From contig JASGKF010000002.1 of the NCBI GenBank assembly GCA_047600765.1, positions 1,226,344 to 1,290,343 of the forward strand: a DNA stretch of 64,000 bases, written 5' to 3'. The notes below the pieces were generated by a model, which had not been told where the DNA came from, did not search any database, and worked only from the letters and a program-made list of their open reading frames with translations. Source of the stretch: Rhodocyclaceae bacterium. GTDB taxonomy: Bacteria; Pseudomonadota; Gammaproteobacteria; Burkholderiales; Rhodocyclaceae. Below, one piece after another: positions 27,801-37,209 of this stretch. A program made the translations under genes and the position numbers. Position 1 is the first letter of the stretch. Every line of letters starts with the position of its first letter.

Positions 27801-28985
27801 ATGGCAAAGATCCGCACACTGCTGTTCTCGACGCTCTACCCGAGCAGCGTGCGGCCGAGTCATGGCATCTTCGTCGAGACCCGCCTGCGCGAACTGCTCG
27901 CCAGCGGTGAAGTCGAGACGCAAGTGGTTGCCCCCGTTCCATGGTTTCCGTTGACAGCCCCGCGCTTTGGTGACTGGGCGCAGATGGCAAGTACGCCGCA
28001 CGTGGAAACGCACAACGGCATCCAGGTGCACCATCCGCGTTACGTCCTACCGCCCAAGATTGGTATGAACGTAGCGCCGTGGATGCTGGCTTGGGGGGCG
28101 CGTGCGACGGTCGCGAAGCTGATTCGCGGCGGCTTCGATTTCGATCTCATCGACGCGCATTACTACTACCCGGACGGTGTGGCGGCAGCGATGCTGGCGC
28201 GCTGGTTCAACAAGCCCTTCGTTGTCACGGCGCGCGGCACCGATCTGAACCTCATCCCGCAGCATGCCTGGCCACGTCGTCTGATCAAACAGACGGCAGA
28301 AGCCGCAGCAGGCTCCATCGGCGTGTGTGGCGCCCTGATGGATGTGCTGCGAGACATGGGCGTCGATGCGCAGAAGCTGCACGTGATGCGCAATGGCGTC
28401 GACCTGCAGCGCTTTGTACCCGAAGACCGCCAGGCCGCGCGAGCAAAGCTGGGGTTGCAACAGGATGGGCGTTGGCTGGTCTCTGTCGGTCATCTCATCG
28501 AGCGCAAGGGGCACGACATCGCCATCGCCGCGCTCCCTTCGCTGCCTGCCGACGTGCGTCTGGCGATTGTTGGCGATGGTGTCGAACGCGCACGCCTTGT
28601 CGCGCAGGCGCAGCAGCTTGGCGTGACAGACCGCGTACATTTCGCTGGCTCGCGCCCGCAGACCGAACTCAAGTGGTGGTACAGCGCTGCGGATGCGCTG
28701 ACGCTGTGTTCCAGCCGAGAGGGCTGGGCGAACGTGCTGCTGGAGGCCATGGCTTGCGGTACGCCGGTGATTGCGACGAATATCTGGGGGACCCCGGAAG
28801 TCGTGTCGGATCCCTGTGCGGGTGAGTTGATGCAAGAGCGTAGTTCCACGGGCCTGTTACAGGCGTTTGAGAGACTGACGGCACGCGTGACGGATCGGGC
28901 GACGGTGCGTCGTTACGCCGAGGGCTTCTCCTGGCAGGCGACGACTAGCGGGCAACTGGCACTTTTCAGGAAAGCGAAGGGCTGA
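27801..28985 (+). CDS. GT4 glycosyltransferase
   Basis: IDAHYYYPDG, VTARGTD, VGHLIERKG, SREGWANVLLEAMACG. Confidence 0.9.
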   Translation: MAKIRTLLFSTLYPSSVRPSHGIFVETRLRELLASGEVETQVVAPVPWFPLTAPRFGDWAQMASTPHVETHNGIQVHHPRYVLPPKIGMNVAPWMLAWGARATVAKLIRGGFDFDLIDAHYYYPDGVAAAMLARWFNKPFVVTARGTDLNLIPQHAWPRRLIKQTAEAAAGSIGVCGALMDVLRDMGVDAQKLHVMRNGVDLQRFVPEDRQAARAKLGLQQDGRWLVSVGHLIERKGHDIAIAALPSLPADVRLAIVGDGVERARLVAQAQQLGVTDRVHFAGSRPQTELKWWYSAADALTLCSSREGWANVLLEAMACGTPVIATNIWGTPEVVSDPCAGELMQERSSTGLLQAFERLTARVTDRATVRRYAEGFSWQATTSGQLALFRKAKG

Positions 28986-28989
28986 AACG

Positions 28990-29160
28990 ATGGAAGCGAT
29001 CATCATGCTCGCAGACATCCTGTGCATGCTGGCGTTGTGTCTCAGCCTGGTGCGCCTGAGCCGCGGAAAGACGAAAGATCTGGGGGTCTTCAAGTACAAG
29101 CTGGAAGAAGGCGAACAACAGCCCGAAGACTCCAGTCGCAAGGGGAGCGAGCGTGCGTGA
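28990..29160 (+). CDS. 56-aa small membrane protein (missed by the ORF track)
   Basis: MEAIIMLADILCMLALCLSLVRLSRGKTKDLGVFKYKLEEGEQQPEDSSRKGSERA*; exactly fills the gap between the GT4 and the ligase, and its stop overlaps the GTG at 29153. Confidence 0.7.
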   Translation: MEAIIMLADILCMLALCLSLVRLSRGKTKDLGVFKYKLEEGEQQPEDSSRKGSERA

Positions 29161-30458
29161 CCTGGCAATGGCCATCGCGATGCTGGGTTTTGTGTACCTG
29201 GCATTTTCCAGCAATCTGGTCGCATACCTGCTGTGGGGGTGGACGGCTTTTGTAGCCATCAATTTCTACCTGTATGGCTTCCTGGCCAGCTTCCAGTTCA
29301 ACATGCTGTTCGCTGTCGTCAGTGTTGCCATGTTTGCCTTGGCAAAGGATCCCGAGAAGCTACCGTTCTTGCCAAACAGGGTCAGCATTTTGTTCCTGTT
29401 ATTTGCGGTGCAGTTGACGCTGACCTTCGTTTTTGCGTTGGACGGCAGCATCCAGTCTTACTTCTTCTGGACGCTTATCCTTAAAGTTCTGCTGTTCGGC
29501 ATCCTGATGCCTATGGTCATCACGACCAGGGTCCGCATCTACGCGATGGCGGTGACGTTGACCCTCGGTCTTGCCATGCACGGCGTGGTCGAAGGTGGCA
29601 AGTTCATCAATTCCGGCGGTGGACACCATGTCGTTGGCCTCCCCAAGTTCGGTGATAACAACCACTTCGCGTTGCTTGTTGTAATGGGTATGCCCTTGCT
29701 GATCTACATGTTCCAGCATTCAGTCAGCAAGCTCGTCAAACTCAGTACGGTGTTCGGCCTTATCTTTTCGGTGGCGGCGGTTGTGGGTACGCATTCACGT
29801 GGCGGCTTGCTGTCGATGATGCTGGCGGGGGGGTGGCTGGTGTGGAGCGGACGACGCAAGGGCGTCGGTATTGCTGCTTTGATTGCAGGCGCGGTGATCA
29901 TCGTTGCGACAGCGCCGGAGTCCTGGTCCGAGCGTATGAACACCATCAAGACAGCCGAGGAAGATTCCTCGTTCATGGGGCGGGTGGAGGCCTGGAAGGT
30001 GAGTTCCGCCATCGCACTGGCCCGTCCGCTGACAGGGGGGGGGATTCCATGGCGTCGAACATCGATCAGTCTGGGTGGAATATCGCGATAGTCCGAGCTT
30101 GCTGTCGAGCGTGGAAACGCCTTATACGCTGGCTGGGCGTGCCGCGCATAGTGCCTATTTCGAGGTGCTGGGCGACATGGGCTTCGTCGGACTGTTCCTC
30201 TTCCTGGCAATACTGATTACGCCGTTCCTGGCGCGCAACGAGATACGTCGGGTGGCCAAAGCCCATGGACCAGGTTTGATCTGGGCGTCCGATCTTGCAG
30301 ATACCCTGTCTGCAGTCATGTTCGCCTATGTCGTCGGTGCTGCAGCGCTGAGTGTGGCTTATTTTGAAGCCATGTATGCCATCGTGATGCTTATGGAGAC
30401 GCTGCGTCAGTATGTTCTGAGAACTACAAAAGCCGGCTATATGGGAGGCGCACTGTGA
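29153..30458 (+). pseudogene. Putative O-glycosylation ligase/polymerase, exosortase A-associated (O-antigen ligase family), frameshifted at a G9 tract
   Basis: ORF 29153..30091 has DNNHFAL, THSRGG and SFMGRVEAW. The C-terminal AAHSAYFEVLGDMGFVG lies in ORF 30075..30458. Removing one G from 30035-30043 joins them as LTGGGFHGVEHRSVWVEYRD (434 aa). Confidence 0.85.
30035..30043 (+). repeat. G9 homopolymer at the frameshift
   Basis: gacaGGGGGGGGGattccat read directly from the sequence. Confidence 0.95.
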
Positions 30459-32464
30459 AAATCCTGCAGTCTGCGTTGAGTGGCATTTTTGGCGGTGGTG
30501 AGCACGGCGCCCTGTCCGTACTGTCCTTTCATCGCATTCCGGTCAGGAAGTCTCCGCATATGCAGCAGGAGTTCGATCTCGAAGAGTTCGAACACATCCT
30601 CGATGTGCTGGAAGATGAGTGCCGGGTGTTGCCGCTGGATGAAGCGCTGGATGCCCTTAGCCGTGGTGTGTTGCCTGACAGGGCCGTGGCGTTGACGCTT
30701 GATGATGGTTACGCGGACTGGCGTGACGGTGTCGTGCCTGCCTTGTATCAGCGAGGCTTGCCGGCGACGTTCTTCATTGCTTGCGGTCAGCTGTCTGGGC
30801 AATTGCTTTGGTACGAACGCTTCCGTACGGCAATCTCCGTCAGCGCCAATCCTGATGCCCTGAAGCGTGTATTCGGTGACCTCAAGGTCGACGATGTCTG
30901 GAAATTGCCAGACCATGACCGGCCTTTCGCGCTTGAACGCGTGATCAAGTACGTGCCTTCGACGCAGCGCGAAGAGATTCTCGCCGCGCTCGAGGCCCTG
31001 GTTGGCGTACCGCAACCTGAGCAATCCGTTTTTCTCTCGGAGGCCGATGTGCGTGCATTCGCATCCATGGGCTTCAGCATCGGTGCGCATACCTTCACCC
31101 ATCCCATCCTGTCGCGCTGTCAGCTGAGTGAGGCGCGTGACGAGATTGCAGGCAGCAAGGAATATCTCGAAGGGTTGATCCGCGAGAAGGTTTCGGGTTT
31201 TGCCTATCCGAATGGCAAGCCACTGCAGGACTTCGATGCGTCCCACGTAGAGCTCGTGCGGCAAGCTGGTTATCGCTACGCCGTGAGCACGGAACGTGGC
31301 GTAGCGACGCGTCACAGCGCACGGTTCGCCATTCCGCGCTTCGGGCCATGGAGTAGCGGCAAGGTCTCACTTCTCAGGCATCTGGCAATGAATCGATTTG
31401 AAAAGGGCGGGGCGATTGCCGGCGCGTATGGTGAGGCGTTGCGAGACTCCGCTGGATCTGCCCAGACAGCAGTTCAGGTGGCGTCAGAGGTGGCGACACC
31501 CATAGCGAGCACTCCGACGGTGTCGGTGGTCATTCCCGTCTACAACTGCTTTGATTTGCTGGGCGAAGCCATCGACAGCGTGCTCGCGCAGCAGCCGCTG
31601 CCCATGGAGATCATCGTCGTGAACGATGGATCGAGTGACGGTGACTATCAGGAGTTCGCGCGCCGCTACCCGCTGGTGCGCGTGATCGACAAGCCCAATT
31701 CGGGTGTGTCGGCATCGCGGAATCTGGCTGTGCGTGAAGCACGTGGCGATCTGATCGCCTTCCTCGATGCCGATGATGTGTGGTTGCCGGGCAAGCTTGC
31801 TGCGCAGTTGAAAGCCTTTGCCGACCGTCCGGATGCAGGCGTGGTGTTCGGGCGCTTTGAGAAGTGGTTTGCGGATGCGACGGGTAGCTTCAAGCCCTGG
31901 CGTGAGTTTGGTGTCGTGCCGGAAAATGCAGGCATCGAACCCGAGCGTTCTGGTTGGCTGTTTGGCAAGCTGATGATGGGCTTGCTGGTCGGCATGAATA
32001 CGGCCGTGGTCCGGCGCGATCTGTTGCTGGCGTCTGGCGGTTTTGACGAGAAGCGCAAGATCGGCGAGGACTACGAGCTCTGGCTGCGCCTGTCACGCGA
32101 GACGCCGATGCTGTCGATCCGCAACGTGGTCGCGCTTTACCGCATGAGGGCTGGTAGCGCCATGCACGGCTTGCGGGACAAGAATGAACTGGCCGCTTTG
32201 CTGGAAGAGATCCGCCAGCGTTGGGGCCTGGAAGGGCCACACTTCTCAGGCGTGACGGACTCCGCGTTCCGCAAGCGCCTGGCGCAAGTGCATTTCGAGC
32301 ATGGTTACAACCATGTGTGGCGCGGGGCGCGTCGCGTTGCACATCAGTCCTTCGTCGCCGCGCTGGGCAACGCGCCCCAGAATTCGCGTGCGCGCCTGTA
32401 CGCCATGCTGACGCGTACGCCACTGACAACAGCGATGATCCGCTGGGTGGCGAGACGTTCATGA
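30455..32464 (+). CDS. Fusion of polysaccharide deacetylase (NodB/CE4-like) and GT2 glycosyltransferase
   Basis: N-part: LTLDDGYAD, ATFFI, IGAHTFTHPILS, FAYPNG. C-part: VSVVIPVYN, VVNDGSSD, IAFLDADDVW, GEDYELWLR. Confidence 0.85.
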   Translation: MKILQSALSGIFGGGEHGALSVLSFHRIPVRKSPHMQQEFDLEEFEHILDVLEDECRVLPLDEALDALSRGVLPDRAVALTLDDGYADWRDGVVPALYQRGLPATFFIACGQLSGQLLWYERFRTAISVSANPDALKRVFGDLKVDDVWKLPDHDRPFALERVIKYVPSTQREEILAALEALVGVPQPEQSVFLSEADVRAFASMGFSIGAHTFTHPILSRCQLSEARDEIAGSKEYLEGLIREKVSGFAYPNGKPLQDFDASHVELVRQAGYRYAVSTERGVATRHSARFAIPRFGPWSSGKVSLLRHLAMNRFEKGGAIAGAYGEALRDSAGSAQTAVQVASEVATPIASTPTVSVVIPVYNCFDLLGEAIDSVLAQQPLPMEIIVVNDGSSDGDYQEFARRYPLVRVIDKPNSGVSASRNLAVREARGDLIAFLDADDVWLPGKLAAQLKAFADRPDAGVVFGRFEKWFADATGSFKPWREFGVVPENAGIEPERSGWLFGKLMMGLLVGMNTAVVRRDLLLASGGFDEKRKIGEDYELWLRLSRETPMLSIRNVVALYRMRAGSAMHGLRDKNELAALLEEIRQRWGLEGPHFSGVTDSAFRKRLAQVHFEHGYNHVWRGARRVAHQSFVAALGNAPQNSRARLYAMLTRTPLTTAMIRWVARRS

Positions 32465-33414
32465 AGGCTTTCGTGAGATGGCTGGTCTGGCAGTCTGGAT
32501 TGCTGGCCTTGTATCACCGCCTGCGCAATCGGCGCAGCCTGACGATTGCGCAGTTCCACCGTGTGTTGCCAGCCGGGTCAGAGGAGTGGAAACACAGCGA
32601 GCAGGAGTATGCGCTGACGCGTGAAGAGTTCGCGCTGTGCCTGCAGTTCTTCCGCAAGCATTACAACGTCGTGTCGCTATCGCAGGTGCTCGCAGCCGGT
32701 CAGGGCCAAGAGGCGTTGCCGGACAGGGCCTTGCTGATCAGCTTTGATGACGGTTGGTGCGACAACCGCACGCATGCCGAGCCCTTGCTGCGACAACACG
32801 GCATGCGTGCCACGATGTTCGTCAACGTCGAGGCGATGCAACAGACGGACAAGCGCTGGTGGCAGGACGCCCTGGTCGAGATTTTTGCAGGTGGTCGTGC
32901 TGCTGAAGCCTTGCCGCAGTTGGGCAGTGCGCCGCGCTTCTACGATGCCATCGTGCACATGCTGGAGACGCCACTGGATGAGCGCCTCGGCAAGCTGCAA
33001 AACGCGTTGCGCTATGTGCCGACCGAGCGGCAGATGCTGACGGCGGCCGAGCTAGCAACGCTGGACCGGGATGTGTGGGATATCGGCTCACATGCGCGTA
33101 CGCATGCGCCGCTGACTTTTCTTACTGATCCGCGTGAAGAGCTGGGCAGTGCAGCAGCGCAGATTGCGGCCTGGATCGGACAGACCGTGGCATGCATCGC
33201 GTTTCCGCACGGGCGGTACTCGGCCGAGATCGTCGGGCAGTGCCATGCCGATGGTCTGGCTGTCATGTCCAGTGACGCGCGTCTGAATCACGCCGACGCA
33301 TTGCCGCTCGTGATGGGGCGTATCAACATTGATCCCGGTGTTGTCGGGCGGAGCAAGGCTGCGGCAGCGCGCGAGCTGGCCTATACGCTGATGCGTCGCG
33401 ATTTCCAGGCCTGA
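32461..33414 (+). CDS. Polysaccharide deacetylase family protein
   Basis: LISFDDGWCDN, IGSHARTHAPL, IAFPHGRY; ATG 32461 overlaps the upstream stop (ATGA). Confidence 0.85.
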   Translation: MKAFVRWLVWQSGLLALYHRLRNRRSLTIAQFHRVLPAGSEEWKHSEQEYALTREEFALCLQFFRKHYNVVSLSQVLAAGQGQEALPDRALLISFDDGWCDNRTHAEPLLRQHGMRATMFVNVEAMQQTDKRWWQDALVEIFAGGRAAEALPQLGSAPRFYDAIVHMLETPLDERLGKLQNALRYVPTERQMLTAAELATLDRDVWDIGSHARTHAPLTFLTDPREELGSAAAQIAAWIGQTVACIAFPHGRYSAEIVGQCHADGLAVMSSDARLNHADALPLVMGRINIDPGVVGRSKAAAARELAYTLMRRDFQA

Positions 33415-33421
33415 AGCAGCT

Positions 33422-34477
33422 TCAGCTCTCGGCCTGTTTGGTGCTCTTCAGTGATTGCAGACGCCAGCGAAGCGAGTTGAGTGCGCGGTCCATCATTGCC
33501 AACGGCGTGGTGCGCGCATAGTAGCCACGCAGGTAGACGTGTTCTTCGTTGGCGAAGTCACGCTTTGCCTGCGTATCGCCTTCTCCTCTATCCACGCAGC
33601 GTATGCCCAGAGAAGGCGCATGACGCAGCGTTTCCCACAGCAGCAAGCGACCCGGCGAGTAGCTGTGCAGCTCCGGCGTGTAAACGGGGAACCAGTACGA
33701 CAGCGTGTCGTGGCACTGCAGCCCGAAGTGCGCCGCGATGCGTTTGTCGCCGCAGTACAGCGCGGTCAGTCGTGGCAGGCAGCGTAGATCAGCTTGCGCT
33801 GCGAGGTGCTTCAGCAGTTGTGCGTCGCGTGTGCGGGAGAACGGGTGATTGCGCTGGGCGGTGCGCTGATACTGCGCCACCTTCAGGTCGACGAGCCAGT
33901 CCAGCGTACCGCTGTCGACGGATTCAACAGCAAAGCGCAAGGGGCCGTGATCGCGTTCCAACTTGTTGCGTCGGCGCTCGGTGTCCGCAGCAAATTTCTT
34001 GTCGCGCTTGAACAGGGCTTCGATGAAGTCTTCGCCGTCGGCGGCGCGGATGCGCAAGCCGCGTGCGGGCTGGTTGCCGTGCAAGCCGTAGGCATCTTGC
34101 GAGCTGTCGAGATGCGTGAACAGCAGGCTATTGAGGCCACAGGCGCGCAGCAGTTCTTCAGGCGTGATGCGGAAACCGGGGGCGGCAACCAGGCCGAAGT
34201 AATCGGCGAAGCTGCCGCCTGCGGGCTGGGCGCTGCCGAGCAGGCGTGCCTGCAAGCCGTCGAGTTCGAAAGGCATGAACGCCTGCGCCTGGCCTTGCGC
34301 ATCAAGGAAGACGCAGACACGCACGGGCGTTTCGCGGCTCAGGGCACAAGCCACCACATAGCTGCGGGAGAGGAAGGCGTTGCGGGCAGGCGCTTCGTCG
34401 AGCAGGGTGTCCCAGCGTGCGGCATGGCTGGCGTCCAGGTCTTGTGCAGGAACAACGATGGAATGCAGCGTGCTCAT
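33422..34477 (-). CDS. GNAT acyltransferase, CelD/BcsL (Acetyltransf_6)-like
   Basis: ADYFGLV, RRRNKLER, YSPGRLLL, DRGEGDTQAKRDFA; start MSTLHS at 34477. Confidence 0.8.
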   Translation of the reverse strand: MSTLHSIVVPAQDLDASHAARWDTLLDEAPARNAFLSRSYVVACALSRETPVRVCVFLDAQGQAQAFMPFELDGLQARLLGSAQPAGGSFADYFGLVAAPGFRITPEELLRACGLNSLLFTHLDSSQDAYGLHGNQPARGLRIRAADGEDFIEALFKRDKKFAADTERRRNKLERDHGPLRFAVESVDSGTLDWLVDLKVAQYQRTAQRNHPFSRTRDAQLLKHLAAQADLRCLPRLTALYCGDKRIAAHFGLQCHDTLSYWFPVYTPELHSYSPGRLLLWETLRHAPSLGIRCVDRGEGDTQAKRDFANEEHVYLRGYYARTTPLAMMDRALNSLRWRLQSLKSTKQAES

Positions 34478-35907
34478 TGGCGGCGGATTTTCTTGTAAAT
34501 GAGAGCGATCTCCTGCTGCAGCGGGTGCTTGAGCAGGAAGATCGCGCCTATCCATGTGGCGCTCATGATGGTTGCGGTGGCGAAGAGCCTCAGCCATGAA
34601 TTCATGCCTGCCATGAGCAGATCGATCCCGTGGCAGACGGCGGCGCATGCCACGGTGACTGTCAGGGTCGGGATCATCGCGCGGGCAAAAGCGACGAGTG
34701 ATACATCGAACTTGAGTCGCCACACGGCCAGCATCAGTGGCAGGACGAGCAGATCGCCCAGCACGAAGGCCTGCACGAAGGAAGTCATGTCGGCTGCGCC
34801 CGAGGCGATGGCAATGACGGACTTGAAGACGATGGTGGCGCCCATGGTCCATACCGACAGGATGGGGCGACCGATGGCGATCAGGCCATTGGAGGTCTGG
34901 CTGAAGGGCAGGCGCACTGCAGCGGAGACGCACAGCAAGGAGACGAGGGGCAGACATGCCAGCCATTTGTCACCGTAGAGCACGGCCACCATGTCATGCG
35001 CAAAGACGGCGGTGACCCAAAGGATCGGCCAGGCCAGACCGCTGAGATAGACCGCGATGCGGATCATGTCGCCTGCGATGCTCGCGTTCTCGCGATGGCT
35101 GGAGGCCAGCGCCGGCAATGCCGAGTTGTTCACCGCTGGCATGATGACTTGCGAGAACAGCTCGACGAGGCCGTTGGCGCGGCTGTAGAGACCCACGGAG
35201 CGCGCATCGGTGCCACGCGCGAGGAAAGTGTCGGCCAGCGCGTTGTGGATGTTGGTCAGCAGATTGCTGATCGCGGAGACACCGCCGAAACGTGCGATGG
35301 CGCCGCAGCCTTTCAAGGAAGGCAGCCAGGGCTGCCATTTGGGGCGGAAGTACGAGTAGGCGAGACCGCCGGCAATGATGTTGATGAAGTTCGCCCATGC
35401 CATGCTCATATGGCCGAAGCCGCTGGCCGCCAGCGCAATGCAGGAGCCGGCGTACACGACGGCACTGAAAAGGGTGACGGCAGCGAGCTTGCCACCTTCC
35501 ATCTCGCGGCGGAGCAGGGACTGTGTGACCGAACCCAGCGGGATGAAGAAGAAGCCCAGTGCGAGCACCTGGATGATCTGTTCGACCTGTGGGTGACCAT
35601 AGAAGCGGCTGACCGGGCCTGACAGCAAAAGCATGGTGATGGCGATGGCCGACGAGCAGGCGATCAGCACACCGCTTGCAGAACGTACTTTTTCGGGTGT
35701 CAGGTCGGGCTCGCGCAGCAGATACGAGACCACGCCGAAGTCGCGGAAAGTGTGCATCACGCCGACGAACACGGCGGTCATCGAGAACAGGCCGATCTCG
35801 CCCGGTTCGAGCAGGCGGGCGAGTACCAGACCCGACAGGAAGTTGATGACCGTGGCGGCATTCGAACCGGCCATGACAGCGAGGACAGAGCGGCGGACGT
35901 TACTCAT
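34474..35907 (-). CDS. Wzx-type polysaccharide flippase
   Basis: LARLLEPGEIGLF, FRDFGV, VGLYSRANGL and about 12 TM segments. Confidence 0.88.
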   Translation of the reverse strand: MSNVRRSVLAVMAGSNAATVINFLSGLVLARLLEPGEIGLFSMTAVFVGVMHTFRDFGVVSYLLREPDLTPEKVRSASGVLIACSSAIAITMLLLSGPVSRFYGHPQVEQIIQVLALGFFFIPLGSVTQSLLRREMEGGKLAAVTLFSAVVYAGSCIALAASGFGHMSMAWANFINIIAGGLAYSYFRPKWQPWLPSLKGCGAIARFGGVSAISNLLTNIHNALADTFLARGTDARSVGLYSRANGLVELFSQVIMPAVNNSALPALASSHRENASIAGDMIRIAVYLSGLAWPILWVTAVFAHDMVAVLYGDKWLACLPLVSLLCVSAAVRLPFSQTSNGLIAIGRPILSVWTMGATIVFKSVIAIASGAADMTSFVQAFVLGDLLVLPLMLAVWRLKFDVSLVAFARAMIPTLTVTVACAAVCHGIDLLMAGMNSWLRLFATATIMSATWIGAIFLLKHPLQQEIALIYKKIRRQ

Positions 35908-35973
35908 GACAGGGGTGCCGCGGTTTTCACGGTCTGGTTTTGCTCTGTGGCGGTGGATGACAGGGACGGTGCT

Positions 35974-37209
35974 TCAAACCAGCACTTCCGGAATGGCCGG
36001 ATGCGACAGGAATGTCGCAGGGCTGGCCGTCAGGCCATAGGCGCCGGACTGCAGCACCACCAGCAGATCACCGATCTCCGCTGGAGGCAGTTCGAGGTCG
36101 GTGCCGAGAATGTCCAGCGGGGTGCACAGCGGGCCGACGGCATTGTATCGATGCTCTGTGACAGCACTGGCCTTGTTGCCCAGAAGAGCCGGGTAATTCT
36201 TGCGGATGACCTGGCCGAAGTTGCCACTGGCGGCGAGGTGGTGGTGCAAGCCACCGTCGGTGATGAGGTAGGTCGTGCCACGCGAGACCTTGATGTCCTG
36301 TACGCGGCAGACGTAGACGCCCGCTTCGGCGACGAGGTAGCGGCCCAGTTCGAGCACCAGACGCGCTGTCGGGTGAGCCTGGGCGAGTTGTGCGTCGAGC
36401 GCATGCAGGTGCTGGCCAATGGGGGCGATGTCGAGGCGTGCTTCACCGGGGAAGTAGGGCACGCCGAAACCGCCACCGAGGTTGAGTGTGCGCAGCGGTG
36501 CGGGGGCATCGGCGGCGAGACGCATGGCGAGCTCGAAGCTTTTTGACTGTGCTTCGATGATGGCGTCGGCTTGCAAGTTCTGGCTGCCAGCGAAGAGGTG
36601 AAAACCTTCGAATTGCATGCCCAGTGAAGCGAGCTGTGCAAGCGCGGCGGGAATGCGTTCGGCGTCGATGCCGAAGGGCTTGGGGCCGCCACCCATCTTC
36701 ATGCCCGAGCTCTTGAGTTCGAAGTCCGGATTGACGCGCAGCGCGACGCGCGCTGGCAGCCCCAGTGCTTGCGAGGCTTCGGCAATGCGTACGAGTTCGG
36801 TTTCGGATTCGACATTGAGCAGCACGCCGGCTGCGATGGCCTGGCGCAGTTCGGCCGGGCGCTTGCCGGGGCCGGCGAAGCTGATTTCTGCTGCGGCCAT
36901 ACCACTGTCCAGCGCGGCGCGCATTTCACCTGCGGAGGCGACATCGAGTCCATCGACGAGTTTTGCCATGTACGCCAGCAGCGCGGGCATCGGGTTGGCC
37001 TTGATGGCGTAGTGCAGGCTGACGCGCGCGGGAAGCACTGCTTTCAGCGAGGCCACGCGTTCGCTAATGGCGGAGCGGTCATAAGCGTAGAACGGTGTCT
37101 GGCCGACGCGCTCGGCGAGGCGGGAGAGCGGGATGCCGCCGATGAGCAGTTCGCCATCCTGTTGCGGGAATTGCGTCAGCGGCGCGTGCCTGGGGGGCGT
37201 GGCGTTCAT
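35974..37209 (-). CDS. PLP-dependent decarboxylase, exosortase A-associated (fold-type III, BtrK/DAP decarboxylase-like)
   Basis: HYAIKANP (PLP Lys), SFAGPGK, HLFAGSQ, NLGGGFG, ELGRYLV, GPLCTPLD, GAYG. Confidence 0.9.
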   Translation of the reverse strand: MNATPPRHAPLTQFPQQDGELLIGGIPLSRLAERVGQTPFYAYDRSAISERVASLKAVLPARVSLHYAIKANPMPALLAYMAKLVDGLDVASAGEMRAALDSGMAAAEISFAGPGKRPAELRQAIAAGVLLNVESETELVRIAEASQALGLPARVALRVNPDFELKSSGMKMGGGPKPFGIDAERIPAALAQLASLGMQFEGFHLFAGSQNLQADAIIEAQSKSFELAMRLAADAPAPLRTLNLGGGFGVPYFPGEARLDIAPIGQHLHALDAQLAQAHPTARLVLELGRYLVAEAGVYVCRVQDIKVSRGTTYLITDGGLHHHLAASGNFGQVIRKNYPALLGNKASAVTEHRYNAVGPLCTPLDILGTDLELPPAEIGDLLVVLQSGAYGLTASPATFLSHPAIPEVLV

